Assembly: GCA_963769885.1 (NCBI GenBank)
Contig: CAVYNH010000006.1
Location: 409,791-433,790 of the forward strand
Source of the DNA: Methanobacteriota archaeon
Lineage (GTDB): Archaea; Thermoplasmatota; E2; DHVEG-1
Length of the DNA stretch: 24,000 bases
Direction of reading: 5' to 3'
Part shown: positions 15,969 to 23,394 of the stretch, one piece after another
Position numbering within the stretch: position 1 is the stretch's first letter
How the letters are laid out: every line of letters starts with the position of its first letter
The notes under the pieces: model-generated
Seen by the model: the letters and a program-made list of their open reading frames with translations, nothing else
Database searches by the model: none
Told to the model about the DNA's origin: nothing
Position numbers and translations under genes: made by a program

Positions 15969-16180
15969 TGAACTAATGATGCTATACCTAAGTGATAAGA
16001 ACAAGAATGACCTGCGGGTGATGATTACGCTGAAGAAATCAGGAATCATTCTCTCCGAGAAAATACGGCTTCTTTGGCATTTTTTTTCATTCGGAAGTAC
16101 CGGAGCCTTCCCTCCTAAGAGAAAACCACCTCGGTGGAAGCGCTTAAAAACCCCCGCGAAGTATCCACCACCGACCCCCC

Positions 16181-16588
16181 ATGCATGAATGGGCCCTCGC
16201 CGAATCAATCCTCGCCGCCGCAGAAACCACCGCGGCCGACCAACACTTCAAGAAAATCAGCAGAATCACTATCAACCTCGGCGAACTCCAAAACATCGAC
16301 CGCGGCATCCTACGCTTCGCGCTCAAAGAACTCGCCAAGGAACGCCCCCGTTTCACCGCAACGAGATTCAGCTTCAGAACCGAAGCAACAACCTTCTCCT
16401 GCACCGCCTGCCGCCAGCACTGGAGCCTCGCCGACATCAAACAAAAACTCACCAGCGACGAGGCAGAGGCGATCCACTTCATCCCCGAGGCCGCCCTCAG
16501 CTACGTCCGCTGCCCCCACTGCGGCAGCCCCGACTACCACATCCTCACCGGCCGCGGCGTCACCCTCGCCACCATCACCGGAGACTAA
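16181..16588 (+). CDS. hypA: Hydrogenase nickel-incorporation protein HypA (Thermococcales-like long form)
   Basis: 135 aa. Has the N-terminal MHEWALAESI nickel site (MHE) and zinc site CTAC...CPHC. The segment AIHFIPEAALSYVRCPHCGSPDYHILTGRGVTLATI closely parallels Thermococcus kodakarensis HypA as I remember it. GCTTAAAAAC lies about 35 nt upstream. Confidence 0.85.
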   Translation: MHEWALAESILAAAETTAADQHFKKISRITINLGELQNIDRGILRFALKELAKERPRFTATRFSFRTEATTFSCTACRQHWSLADIKQKLTSDEAEAIHFIPEAALSYVRCPHCGSPDYHILTGRGVTLATITGD

Positions 16589-16592
16589 AAAA

Positions 16593-17309
16593 ATGGACCC
16601 CCGACCCCACATCATCGACACCCGACTCCAAAAAATCAAGCGGGTCATCGCGGTCGCCAGCGGCAAAGGCGGCGTCGGCAAAAGCATGGTCGCCGCCACC
16701 CTCGCCCTCACCCTCGCACAACACCACCGGGTCGGCCTCATGGACCTCGACGTCTACGGCCCCTCCACCCACCTCATCCTCGGCGCCAGCCACCTCACCC
16801 CCACCGAGGACAAAGGCCTCATCCCACCAAAAATAAACGACCTCTCATACATGAGTCCCGTCCTCTTCACCCACGACAGACCCGCTCCCCTCCGCGGCGC
16901 GGCCGTCACCGACCTGATCCTCGAACTCCTCGCCGTCACCCGCTGGGGGCCACTGGACTACCTCATCCTCGACATGCCCCCCGGCATCGGCGACGAAACC
17001 CTCGATGTCCTCCGCCTCCTCCCCCACGCCCAGTTCCTCATCGTCACCATTCCCTCCAAAGTCGCGGCAGGCGCCGTCGACCGCCTCCTCGACCTCCTCC
17101 AAGAACTCCACCGCCCCATCATCGGCATCATCCACAACATGACCACCGATCACACGCCCAAACCCACGACCACCAAGAAAGGAGTACGCTATCTCGGCAG
17201 CCTCCCCCTTGACCCCAGCCTCGAACCCGCCCTCGGCGACCCCGATCGACTCCTCGCCACACCCTTCGCACAAACACTAAAAAAAATAATCCCCGTAATC
17301 CAACGCTAA
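16593..17309 (+). CDS. hypB: Mrp/MinD-family ATPase, ATPase-type HypB
   Basis: 238 aa starting at the ATG 4 nt after the hypA stop. Deviant Walker A is VASGKGGVGKS. GLMDLDVYGP, RPAPLRG, WGPLDYLILDMPPGIGDETLD and TIPSK are collinear with the T. kodakarensis ATPase-type HypB. The 391-aa track ORF (16134..17309) is an artefactual upstream extension through hypA. Confidence 0.8.
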   Translation: MDPRPHIIDTRLQKIKRVIAVASGKGGVGKSMVAATLALTLAQHHRVGLMDLDVYGPSTHLILGASHLTPTEDKGLIPPKINDLSYMSPVLFTHDRPAPLRGAAVTDLILELLAVTRWGPLDYLILDMPPGIGDETLDVLRLLPHAQFLIVTIPSKVAAGAVDRLLDLLQELHRPIIGIIHNMTTDHTPKPTTTKKGVRYLGSLPLDPSLEPALGDPDRLLATPFAQTLKKIIPVIQR

Positions 17310-18655
17310 GGGACCGCGGCCTCCGCCAACAAATACGACCGTGCCTCACCCACCGTAAACAATGACCCAGTCACACAGATCAGATCCCTCTCCCCCGCCA
17401 TCCCCATCGCCGTCCCCAACGCCTCCGGAACCGACTCGCATACCGTGATCTCCTTATCCCGCGAGAACTCCCGCGCCAGCTCCAACAGCTTCCCCGGCGC
17501 GCACGCCCGCGGGTTCAACGACCGCGTCAACACCACCCGCCACGCCACCGGCACGATGATCTCCAGCATCCGCCGCATATCCTTATCATGGCAGATCCCC
17601 ACCACCAGCACCACCCGACGCCCCGGGAAATCCGCCTCCAACGTCCGCCGCAGCATCCCCATCCCATGCGGATTATGCGCCCCATCCAACACGATCGCCG
17701 GCTCATCCGCCACCACCTCCATCCGCCCTGGATGAAACGCCCGATCGACTCCCGCCACGATCGCCTGATCCGACACGAACACCCCCAGCAGCTGCAGCTG
17801 CTCCACCGCCGCCAACGCCACCGCGATATTCTCCCCCTGATACAGCCCCAGCAGCCGCGTGCTCACCTCATACTCCCGCAGACTCCCCAGAATCCGGAAC
17901 ACCTGCGACGACCGCGTCCGAGACAACCGAGACCACTGACCGTCACCGACAACAACAAGCGGCGCTAACCGCTTAGCCGCCACCTCCCTGATCACCTCCA
18001 GCGCCTCACCGGACGCCCCAGTCACCACCGGCACCCCCGACTTGATGATCCCCGCCTTCTCCACCGCGATCTTCTTCGCCGTATCCCCCAGAATCTCCGT
18101 ATGATCAAGCGCGATGTTCGTAATCACCGACACCACCGGCACCACCACGTTCGTCGCATCAAACCGACCGCCCAGCCCCACCTCCACCACCGCATACTCC
18201 ACCTGCTTCTCCTTGAAATACAGGAACGCGAGCGCCGTCGTGATCTCAAAGAACGTCGGCGGCTCCCCCTCCGCAATCATCCCCTCGACAACCGGCCGCA
18301 CCCGATCGACCAGCCGATCGATATCCTCACGAGAAATCGGGACGCCATTAATCACAATCCGCTCCGAGAACCACTGCAGATGCGGCGAGATATACACCCC
18401 CACCCGGTACCCCCCCTGCCCCAACACACTCGCCACATACTGGCACACCGACCCCTTCCCGTTCGTCCCCGCCACATGCACAACCCGCAGCCCCTGCTGC
18501 GGATTCCCTAACCGCTGCAGCAAAAGAGAGATACGCTCTAGGCCGAACTTCCAGCCGTACTTATCGAAGCTGTACAACCACCGGATTCCGGGACTCAGCT
18601 CAGTAGCCGTCAGAATACAACACCCCAGGATAACACTCGGTACTTCGTCAACCAC
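17306..18655 (-). CDS. folC: Folylpolyglutamate synthase / dihydrofolate synthase (Mur ligase family)
   Basis: 449 aa. HVAGTNGKGS is the P-loop. ISPHL, EVGLGGRFDATNV, ITNIALDHTEILG, GAHNPHG and a GSLF C-terminus are FolC hallmarks. The track start is a GTG at 18655. An in-frame TTG giving LYSFDKYGWKFGLERI would fit typical FolC N-termini better. The coding strand is G-rich, unlike most neighbours. Confidence 0.85.
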   Translation of the reverse strand: MVDEVPSVILGCCILTATELSPGIRWLYSFDKYGWKFGLERISLLLQRLGNPQQGLRVVHVAGTNGKGSVCQYVASVLGQGGYRVGVYISPHLQWFSERIVINGVPISREDIDRLVDRVRPVVEGMIAEGEPPTFFEITTALAFLYFKEKQVEYAVVEVGLGGRFDATNVVVPVVSVITNIALDHTEILGDTAKKIAVEKAGIIKSGVPVVTGASGEALEVIREVAAKRLAPLVVVGDGQWSRLSRTRSSQVFRILGSLREYEVSTRLLGLYQGENIAVALAAVEQLQLLGVFVSDQAIVAGVDRAFHPGRMEVVADEPAIVLDGAHNPHGMGMLRRTLEADFPGRRVVLVVGICHDKDMRRMLEIIVPVAWRVVLTRSLNPRACAPGKLLELAREFSRDKEITVCESVPEALGTAMGMAGERDLICVTGSLFTVGEARSYLLAEAAVP

Positions 18656-19273
18656 GAGTCCCCCGGCAAAATCCGTACCTCCCTACCCTGGATTAGTAAT
18701 CGCCCCTGCGCAAACAACTCGATCGTCCGCGGGAGGATCTGATGCTCCACCTCCAAGATCCGCTTCGCCAACGTATCCCTGGTATCACCCGGTAGCACCT
18801 TCACCGCCGCCTGCAGAATAATCGGCCCATGATCCATCTCCTCATCCATGAAATGCGTCGTACACCCCGAGATCTTCACTCCATACGCCAACGCATCCCC
18901 CTGTCCGTTCACCCCCCTGAACGACGGCAGCAGCGCCGGATGGATGTTGATCAACCGGCCTTTCCACTTCCGCACGAACTCCGGGGTCATAATCCGCATG
19001 TAGCCCGCACCGACCACCAAATCAACCTTATGTTTCTCGAGGGTCGTAGTAATCTGGGTCTCATGCAGCTCTCGGTTCTTCGCGACACATTCGATGCAAT
19101 ACCAGGGGATTTTATGCTTCTCCGCACGCTTCAGCGCCTGCGCCTCCGCCCGGTCACTGATCACGAGTACCAACCGCGGCGTTGATTTTATGCTGCTCCG
19201 AGGCATCGATGATGCTCTGCAGATCGGTCCCAGACCCTGAGGCGAGGACGCCGACGCGAAGAATCTTCCCCAT
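18610..19273 (-). pseudogene. purN: Phosphoribosylglycinamide formyltransferase (PurN) interrupted by a 1-nt frameshift
   Basis: ATG at 19273 encodes MGKILRVGVLASGSGTDLQSIIDASEQHKINA, then runs out of frame to a TGA at 19156-19154. The remainder (RLVLVISDRAE...GYMRIMTPEF...LINIHPALLPSFRG...GCTTHFMDEEMDHGPIILQ) is in the +1 frame. Removing one G/C in GCCGCGG (19174-19180) gives an intact 220-aa PurN; the 664-nt span is 663 plus 1. Confidence 0.7.
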
Positions 19274-19319
19274 ATGATTCCCTCAATCCTGCACTGCGAC
19301 CGAACCACGTGCGATGTTT

Positions 19320-20435
19320 TCAATGTTCCGGTACCGAGAAGATATGCTTCTGAATAGTCTCCCAGGGGGCATCCGTCTTGAATCCCGTCGGCGTGAAATG
19401 AGTGCGCGATGCAAAAAATCCAGCCTGACGGAGAGTCTCAAGAACATGGTCGAGAGGAGGCATCGGCGATTTCAATATCGACGCGATTCCCTCAACAGTG
19501 TAGAAAAACGGAGGTGCCTCCGCTTCTTCCTCAAGGGCGGTGATGAGTTTCCAGAGGCTTGGTCGGGAGCCGAGCGTCTTGGTAGGGAGGAGCATGCGGA
19601 CTACCTGGATCATCGTCTTATTCTGCAGCGACCCCATCCACAAGGGGCCGACATCATGGCCCAAAGGAGTCGCGAGAGGGATAGTCGTCATAGGGATTGT
19701 GACGTAGTTCGATATGGATTCCTTCGCGGCCCGTTTCCCACACGGGACTTGGACATAGGCGCGAAAGTAATGATCGGCAGCGTAGCAAAGCAGCGGCTTG
19801 ATGCCTTTGTCGTACTTGGCCGCCTCGCGGGCAATGATGCCGAGGAGGATGCGCAGGCCGGTCTCGCGCATACACGCGCCATGGGAGGGCCAGGCGGCGT
19901 AGCGGCGGCGGCAGACCTCGGGGAAGACGCCGCAGAGCGGCGCGGTGTCCGTGGCGGTGACGGCGAGCAATCCATTGGGCGCGATGCTACGCATGGCCGA
20001 GTCGAGAAAGGAGATTGGTGAGCCGAATGGGTCGATGTCTATGGAGTGGTAGCGGCTCTGGGAGAGGAGGGCGTTGAGGTCGGCGTGACAGGCGGTGGCG
20101 TTGTGAAGGTTGGCGCGCTGGATGTTGTCTTGGATGAGCTGGTGAGCAGCGTCTTTGGCGTCGTTAATAGTGACGTGGATGTCTCCTTCGAGTTCGTTGG
20201 CGAGCCGCAGGCCGCGGACGCCGCTGGCGGCGAGGCCGTCGAGGATGCGGGTGGGCTTCTGTCGTGTGTTGAGGAACCATTGGTTGGCGAGGATGGAGAG
20301 GTCGCGGCTCTGCTCCATGGAGGGGTTGTAGAAGGGCTGGGTGGTGCGGGCTGCCGGGCCTTTTTTCACTGTTTTCGGAGCCGCGGTGAGGGCGGTGGTG
20401 GTTCCTTCGGTGATGGTGTAGCGGGCTTGGGTCAT
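19320..20435 (-). CDS. trm1: tRNA (guanine26-N2)-dimethyltransferase Trm1
   Basis: 371 aa. FYNPSMEQSRDLSI, ILDGLAASGVRGLRLANE (SAM site), DIDPFGSP and a C-terminal domain with FYTVEGIAS....P match archaeal/eukaryal TRM1. Confidence 0.85.
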   Translation of the reverse strand: MTQARYTITEGTTTALTAAPKTVKKGPAARTTQPFYNPSMEQSRDLSILANQWFLNTRQKPTRILDGLAASGVRGLRLANELEGDIHVTINDAKDAAHQLIQDNIQRANLHNATACHADLNALLSQSRYHSIDIDPFGSPISFLDSAMRSIAPNGLLAVTATDTAPLCGVFPEVCRRRYAAWPSHGACMRETGLRILLGIIAREAAKYDKGIKPLLCYAADHYFRAYVQVPCGKRAAKESISNYVTIPMTTIPLATPLGHDVGPLWMGSLQNKTMIQVVRMLLPTKTLGSRPSLWKLITALEEEAEAPPFFYTVEGIASILKSPMPPLDHVLETLRQAGFFASRTHFTPTGFKTDAPWETIQKHIFSVPEH

Positions 20436-20458
20436 GAGAAAAGGGAGGTGGGAATGGG

Positions 20459-21019
20459 TCAGTAGAGTGGCGGGAGTTTTTCGGCCATGATTTTTTCGAT
20501 TTTGTAGGGGAGGAGGTTGCGGTTGACGGGGGTGACTTCGAGGATGCGGATGTCGTCGCGGCGGCGGATGTCTTGGAGGAGCGGGGTGCGTGATTTCTTG
20601 TGGAGGGTCACCATGATGGGTTTGTCGCTGTCGAGGGCTTCGATGACGACGTTGCAGAAGGGTTCGGAGAGCATCTCCATTTTGCCGATTTCGTCGATGA
20701 TGATGATGTCGATGGCGTCTTCGTTGATGGCGCGTTCGATGGCTTTGACGCCGATGCGTTCGAGGTTGAAGAGGTCGACGCCGTATTTGCCGACCTTGTC
20801 TTTGCAGTCCATGTCGAGTTTGGCGAAGACGGCTTTCTCCTTGGTCATCCAGTCTGCGACGTAGAAGCCGACCCGTTTCTTTTTCTCGACGATAGGCTCG
20901 GAGATCATCCCTTCGACGGTGTAGCCGCTCTTCTCGATCTTCTCAATGATCTTGATGAGGGTCTCAGTCTTGCCGACGCTGGGCATCCCGGTGATCCCTA
21001 TCTTGGGGATATCGTCCAT
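20459..21019 (-). CDS. Nucleoside-triphosphatase, THEP1/MJ1559 type
   Basis: 186 aa. Walker A is IGITGMPSVGKTE and Walker B is IIIIDEIGKMEL. GFYV and VTLH segments are as in THEP1-family NTPases. Confidence 0.8.
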   Translation of the reverse strand: MDDIPKIGITGMPSVGKTETLIKIIEKIEKSGYTVEGMISEPIVEKKKRVGFYVADWMTKEKAVFAKLDMDCKDKVGKYGVDLFNLERIGVKAIERAINEDAIDIIIIDEIGKMEMLSEPFCNVVIEALDSDKPIMVTLHKKSRTPLLQDIRRRDDIRILEVTPVNRNLLPYKIEKIMAEKLPPLY

Positions 21020-21081
21020 AGCTCGTAGAGGTAATGCGATTTGAGTTTAGAAGGCTTTGGTCTACGAGGAAAACAGGCGGT

Positions 21082-21762
21082 TTAGGCCGGTTTTTTCTTT
21101 ATAAAGAAAGGGCCGGCGAGGACGTAGACGAGGATCATGCCTAAGAGCAGGAGCGGGCCGGCGATAAAACCCAGGAGGGTGAGGGGGAGGGAGGCGAGGA
21201 TGACGAGGCTCGCGACCACGGTTGTGTATCTCCCCAGTTTTGGGTACGGCAACGAGGCGACCTGCATCAGCCCCAAGAGGATGAGGACGGCGAAGATAAC
21301 GAATGCAGGGAACCAGGAGGGTCCGAGGATCGCCAGGCAAACGAGGATGATCGTGCTCGCGGAGGCCGGCAGGCCGAGGAACGCCTCTTTCTCCTTCAGC
21401 AGATGGAAGCTGGAGAGCCGGGTCACGGCGCAGAACAGGAAAAACAGCATCCCGGCCAGCAAGAGTCCGAGGATGAGCGGCTGCAGGCCTGTGGCATAGA
21501 TGCCGTAGACGAAGACCGCCGGCGCCACGGTCAGGGAGACGAAATCGGCCATCGCCTCGAGGTAGTCGCCGATCTGTCCGCCGCCGAGCCGACGGGCGAC
21601 GACGCCGTCCAGGCCGTCCGCCAGCAGCGCCAGCAGGATCAATGAGAACGCCAAGGGGATCTGACCAGAGAAGACGGCGAGAATCGCCAGCAGCCCGAAG
21701 CCTGCGTTCAGGATCGAGAGTCCGTCGGCGACCGTCAGGAATCTAAGCATGGTGCTGGGCAA
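21082..21762 (-). CDS. pssA: CDP-alcohol phosphatidyltransferase; archaetidylserine synthase-like
   Basis: 226 aa polytopic membrane protein. DGLDGVVARRLGGGQIGDYLEAMAD is a variant of DG-x2-AR-x8-G-x3-D-x3-D, with one residue fewer and a D-to-E change. It overlaps the upstream decarboxylase gene by 20 nt. Confidence 0.75.
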   Translation of the reverse strand: MPSTMLRFLTVADGLSILNAGFGLLAILAVFSGQIPLAFSLILLALLADGLDGVVARRLGGGQIGDYLEAMADFVSLTVAPAVFVYGIYATGLQPLILGLLLAGMLFFLFCAVTRLSSFHLLKEKEAFLGLPASASTIILVCLAILGPSWFPAFVIFAVLILLGLMQVASLPYPKLGRYTTVVASLVILASLPLTLLGFIAGPLLLLGMILVYVLAGPFFIKKKPA

Positions 21763-22390
21763 GGGTATCCTCTCCTGCTTTCACCCGGTCATGGAGCCGC
21801 ACTGCCAGGGACGCGACCATAGCCTCTGGGAGGTACACATCCACGCGGGACCCCAGGCGGATCAGCCCGATGCGGCTGCCTCTCGCGACCACGTCGCCGG
21901 GCTTGATGTAGGGGACGATGCGGCGGGCGACCGTCCCCGCAATCTGGACGACCTTCACTGTCCCGCGGGGCGTTGTGAGATGGATGGTGACGCGCTCGTT
22001 GCGTTCCGAGTCCTTGGTGAACGCGGGCAGATGGCCGCCAGGGGCATGCTCCACCTTGGTGACAGTCCCATCGACCGGGCTTCGGTTCACATGAACGTTA
22101 TGGATGTTCATGAAGGTTTTCACCCAGTAGCAGGGGCCGACGTCCGGGTCGTCGATGGTGGCGATGCCGGTGATGACGCCGTCGGCGCAGGCAACGATGC
22201 CCACCCCTATTTTTCGCTCCGGGTCGCGGAAGAAGATGACGAGCAGGATGATTCCGGCGAGGCCGAGGAGGGCGGCGATGAGGAAGACGATGTGGAGGAG
22301 GCCGTCGGAGGCCAGGGTGCCGACATCGAAGACGATGGTGGCCATTCCGACCCCGATGATCCAGAGGGGGCATCCTCGGGCGAGCCTCAC
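21743..22390 (-). CDS. psd: Phosphatidylserine (archaetidylserine) decarboxylase, short archaeal type
   Basis: 215 aa with N-terminal TM helices. FMNIHNVHVNRSPVDG and IAGTVARRI are present. The self-cleavage-type motif is IRLGSRVDVYLP (LGS-T/R). It starts at a GTG and overlaps the archaeosortase stop in a shared GTGA. Confidence 0.75.
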   Translation of the reverse strand: MRLARGCPLWIIGVGMATIVFDVGTLASDGLLHIVFLIAALLGLAGIILLVIFFRDPERKIGVGIVACADGVITGIATIDDPDVGPCYWVKTFMNIHNVHVNRSPVDGTVTKVEHAPGGHLPAFTKDSERNERVTIHLTTPRGTVKVVQIAGTVARRIVPYIKPGDVVARGSRIGLIRLGSRVDVYLPEAMVASLAVRLHDRVKAGEDTLAQHHA

Positions 22391-23358
22391 CGTTTCCCTC
22401 CGAGGAATTGTTCGAGGGGACCTTTGCGTTTGGGGAGGTTGATGACGCCCATGATGTCGTCGTAGAGCTCCGGGACGATGTGGAAGGTGAGGAAGAGGAT
22501 GGCAATGAGGGCGAGCAGGGAGCCGGCTTTGCCGATGACGTTGTGCGCCATTTCAAAGGAGATACCGCTGCCGGTCATGAGGACGACGCCGGTGTTGCGG
22601 ACGAGGTTGAGGAGGTAGACGGGGACGACGGTGGCGAGCAGCGCGACGGTTTTCCGTTTCGGCTTGATCTTGGGCATGGCGCCGAGCATCCCGACGAAGA
22701 GGAGGAGGGATTGGACGGCGGTGCAGGCGAAGATGATGTGGATGGCGGTGTCATTGTAGGTGATGGTGGCCCCGGTCTGGGTGACGGTGAAACCGAGGAG
22801 GCGGAGCATCCAGACGGTCTGGTCGGCGACAATGAGAATGAGACCGTCGGAGAGGAACGGCAGGAGCTGTTCTATGGAGAAGTAGATGAGGCCGGCAAGG
22901 CAGGTGGCGCCGGCGATCCAGTTGAGGGCGGCGGGGTACTCCCGGCGTTTGGTAGAGAGCCATTCGTGGTAGGCGAGGTAGATAAGGACGTAGATGCCGA
23001 TGACGCAGATGGCGGCGTTGATGATGTCGCCGCCTTCTGAGAAGTAGAGGAGGTTGGTGTAGGTGGTCCAGAAGAGGGCGAAGAGGATCCAGCCGGTCAT
23101 CTTGAATCGGCTGCCGCGCTGCTGTTGCTTGTCGAGGGTGCCGATGCCGAGGAGGATGAGGCCGGCGAAGAGGGGGATGAGGTTGACCCAGTGGTACGGC
23201 GGCAGCGGATACGGGAAGAGGATGAAGTTGATGAGGATCATGGCTGTGGGGCCGCCGAAGAACCAGAGGAGGATCCGGGAATCCTTTGTGTCGGGTGTGG
23301 TGGATGCCATTGCTTGAAGATCAATTGGGCTGTATGGGGTGAGTCTACAAAAACCCAT
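22387..23358 (-). CDS. artA: Archaeosortase (ArtA-like exosortase/archaeosortase family transpeptidase)
   Basis: 323 aa polytopic membrane protein. HIIFACTAVQSLLLFVGML carries the conserved catalytic Cys context. YLLNLVRNTGVVLM carries the conserved Arg. EMAHNVIGKAGSLL carries the conserved His. Synteny with psd and pssA supports the call. The alternative start is ATG 23310 (MASTTPD...). The subfamily assignment is tentative. Confidence 0.7.
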   Translation of the reverse strand: MGFCRLTPYSPIDLQAMASTTPDTKDSRILLWFFGGPTAMILINFILFPYPLPPYHWVNLIPLFAGLILLGIGTLDKQQQRGSRFKMTGWILFALFWTTYTNLLYFSEGGDIINAAICVIGIYVLIYLAYHEWLSTKRREYPAALNWIAGATCLAGLIYFSIEQLLPFLSDGLILIVADQTVWMLRLLGFTVTQTGATITYNDTAIHIIFACTAVQSLLLFVGMLGAMPKIKPKRKTVALLATVVPVYLLNLVRNTGVVLMTGSGISFEMAHNVIGKAGSLLALIAILFLTFHIVPELYDDIMGVINLPKRKGPLEQFLGGKR

Positions 23359-23394
23359 TGGTACCGACCGCGAGCGTGTGGTGCGGGTTCTGCG

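Larger units (their letters stand above)
15095..16100. other. AT-rich compositional island (about 1 kb), contrasting sharply with GC-rich flanks
   Basis: The sequence switches abruptly from GGGGTTCAGGGGGGTGAGGCGCGGGGAGCC to long A/T-rich text, and back again near CGGAAGTACCGGAGCCTTCCCTCC. The island holds one convincing ORF and several repeats. Confidence 0.7.

Noticed and set aside
15975-16035. C/D-box sRNA-like elements: ATGATGC at 15975, GTGATGA at about 16017 and CTGA about 5 nt later.
   Set aside because: The spacing is wrong. C to D' and C' to D guides should be about 12 nt, and here one is 5 nt. No proper D' box or terminal stem is present.
15095-16100. The AT-rich island with iteron-like repeats, considered as a replication origin.
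   Set aside because: No orc1/cdc6 gene is adjacent and I could not recognise any ORB-like inverted repeats. The flanking skew polarity (G+T-rich on the left, C+A-rich on the right of the + strand) is the opposite of what a leading-strand G excess would give at an origin.
15770-16188. ORFs 15770..15976 (68 aa), 15976..16188 (70 aa) and 15942..16208(-) in the AT-rich island.
   Set aside because: None has a ribosome-binding site. The first owes its repeated KTM(I/S) peptide to the DNA-level 20-nt repeats. The second runs from AT-rich into GC-rich sequence and overlaps the hypA start. None has a recognisable domain.
16134-16592. The N-terminal 153 codons of the 391-aa track ORF 16134..17309, which would make a long Pro/Ser/Thr-rich extension on the Mrp/MinD ATPase.
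   Set aside because: The extension overlaps hypA in another frame. HypA has the MHE and CxxC...CxxC signatures. An ATG at 16593, 4 nt after the hypA stop, yields an N-terminus collinear with ATPase-type HypB.
19274-19323. The upstream part of track ORF 18610..19323 (MKTSHVVRSQCRIEG...), read as the PurN N-terminus.
   Set aside because: The first 56 residues are unlike PurN. The true N-terminus (MGKILRVGVLASGSG...) is in another frame, starting at 19273. The long ORF is a consequence of the frameshift plus a stop-poor frame.
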